This document shows positions 63,206 to 64,000 of a stretch of 64,000 bases of DNA, piece after piece. The DNA is from Phoronis australis. Lineage: Eukaryota > Animalia > Phoronida. The stretch is taken from assembly GCA_002633005.1 (NCBI GenBank), contig NMRA01000087.1, forward strand, positions 124,001-188,000, read 5' to 3'. Position numbers and translations under genes: made by a program. Positions within the stretch are counted from its first letter, which is position 1. Each line of letters begins with the position of its first letter. The notes beneath the pieces were generated by a model. The model saw only the letters and a list, made by a program, of their open reading frames with translations. It was not told the DNA's origin and did not search any database.

Positions 63206-64000
63206 GTCCAAAGTATAGGTAGTGCATTAGTCGGTATTCAAAAAGCGATTAACTTTTTCCTTGCGATTATCTGAAAGACTTCCCTAGAGCTCGTTAGATC
63301 ACTGACTCACGGTGTTTATTTGGAGACGCTACTATAAACCAGCTTTAATTTTTTGATGTAGCATTAGTAACGTGCTCGCAGTGATAGTTCATTCTTACAA
63401 AATAATAAAAAAAAAACAGCAAGAGGGACGTTTGGTGATGAAATTGTTAAAAAAGCCCCAGAACCTATTCAAAGTGGCACTGCCCTGTCGAGAACTAGCA
63501 CGGTCATGCCAGCACGCACGTAACGTCGACACCACGACTAACCAGCAAAGTCTGGGCGATTCATCCGATGTAATACAGACGAACTCTGTCCCTTGGAACT
63601 TGTCCCCAAACCTCATTTATTTTAAGAGTAATGGACTGTAGGCTACCCCTAAGGGGTTGCCCACCCCTTGCTTTCGACGGCCATACCAGCAATTTTGAGT
63701 GACGTTGTTATTTGAACCACAACACGTCCTTGACATTTACTCTTTTCCGCGTCTATCGAAAACTGAACTATTGAAATATGTTTTAGCCACGCTAAGTTGT
63801 GGCACTAATGCATAAATGATTATTTGATGACACACCATGTTATTTTATCATTACTCTGAGATAAATATGTTCCTGCTGTGACTTCACAGACGTACTGCTG
63901 CGTCACCTCTATCATCACATGACTTCTGTAATTAAAACTTGAACAACCTTTTTATTTTTGTTGATAACTTGCGACCCGGGACAAAGCCCCCTACCCTTGA

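Overview
Eukaryotic, AT-rich, intron-containing invertebrate-type DNA from a heterozygous draft assembly; the species cannot be identified from sequence alone. Three conserved spliced genes were reconstructed exon by exon: WIPI2/Atg18 (+, 492-23418, ~455 aa), TIMM23 (-, 27004-32132, 200 aa) and NAF1 (+, 34690-45770, ~582 aa). TIMM23 and NAF1 are head-to-head. Three apparent tandem duplications inside WIPI2 each meet at a single N (5353, 15861, 20271) and are best read as two haplotypes placed side by side. This exposes allelic differences, including a 2.2-kb TTAA-flanked Kolobok-type insertion with its empty site and a 49-bp VNTR at a splice acceptor. A second Kolobok-type element (160-bp TIRs, convergent THAP and KolX-like ORFs, interior hidden by a gap) starts 9 nt after the NAF1 stop codon. 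The distal 17 kb is mostly non-coding. It holds an array of about seven stem-loop repeats (48646-49074), several MITEs and an orphan membrane-protein ORF/exon (62969-63205).
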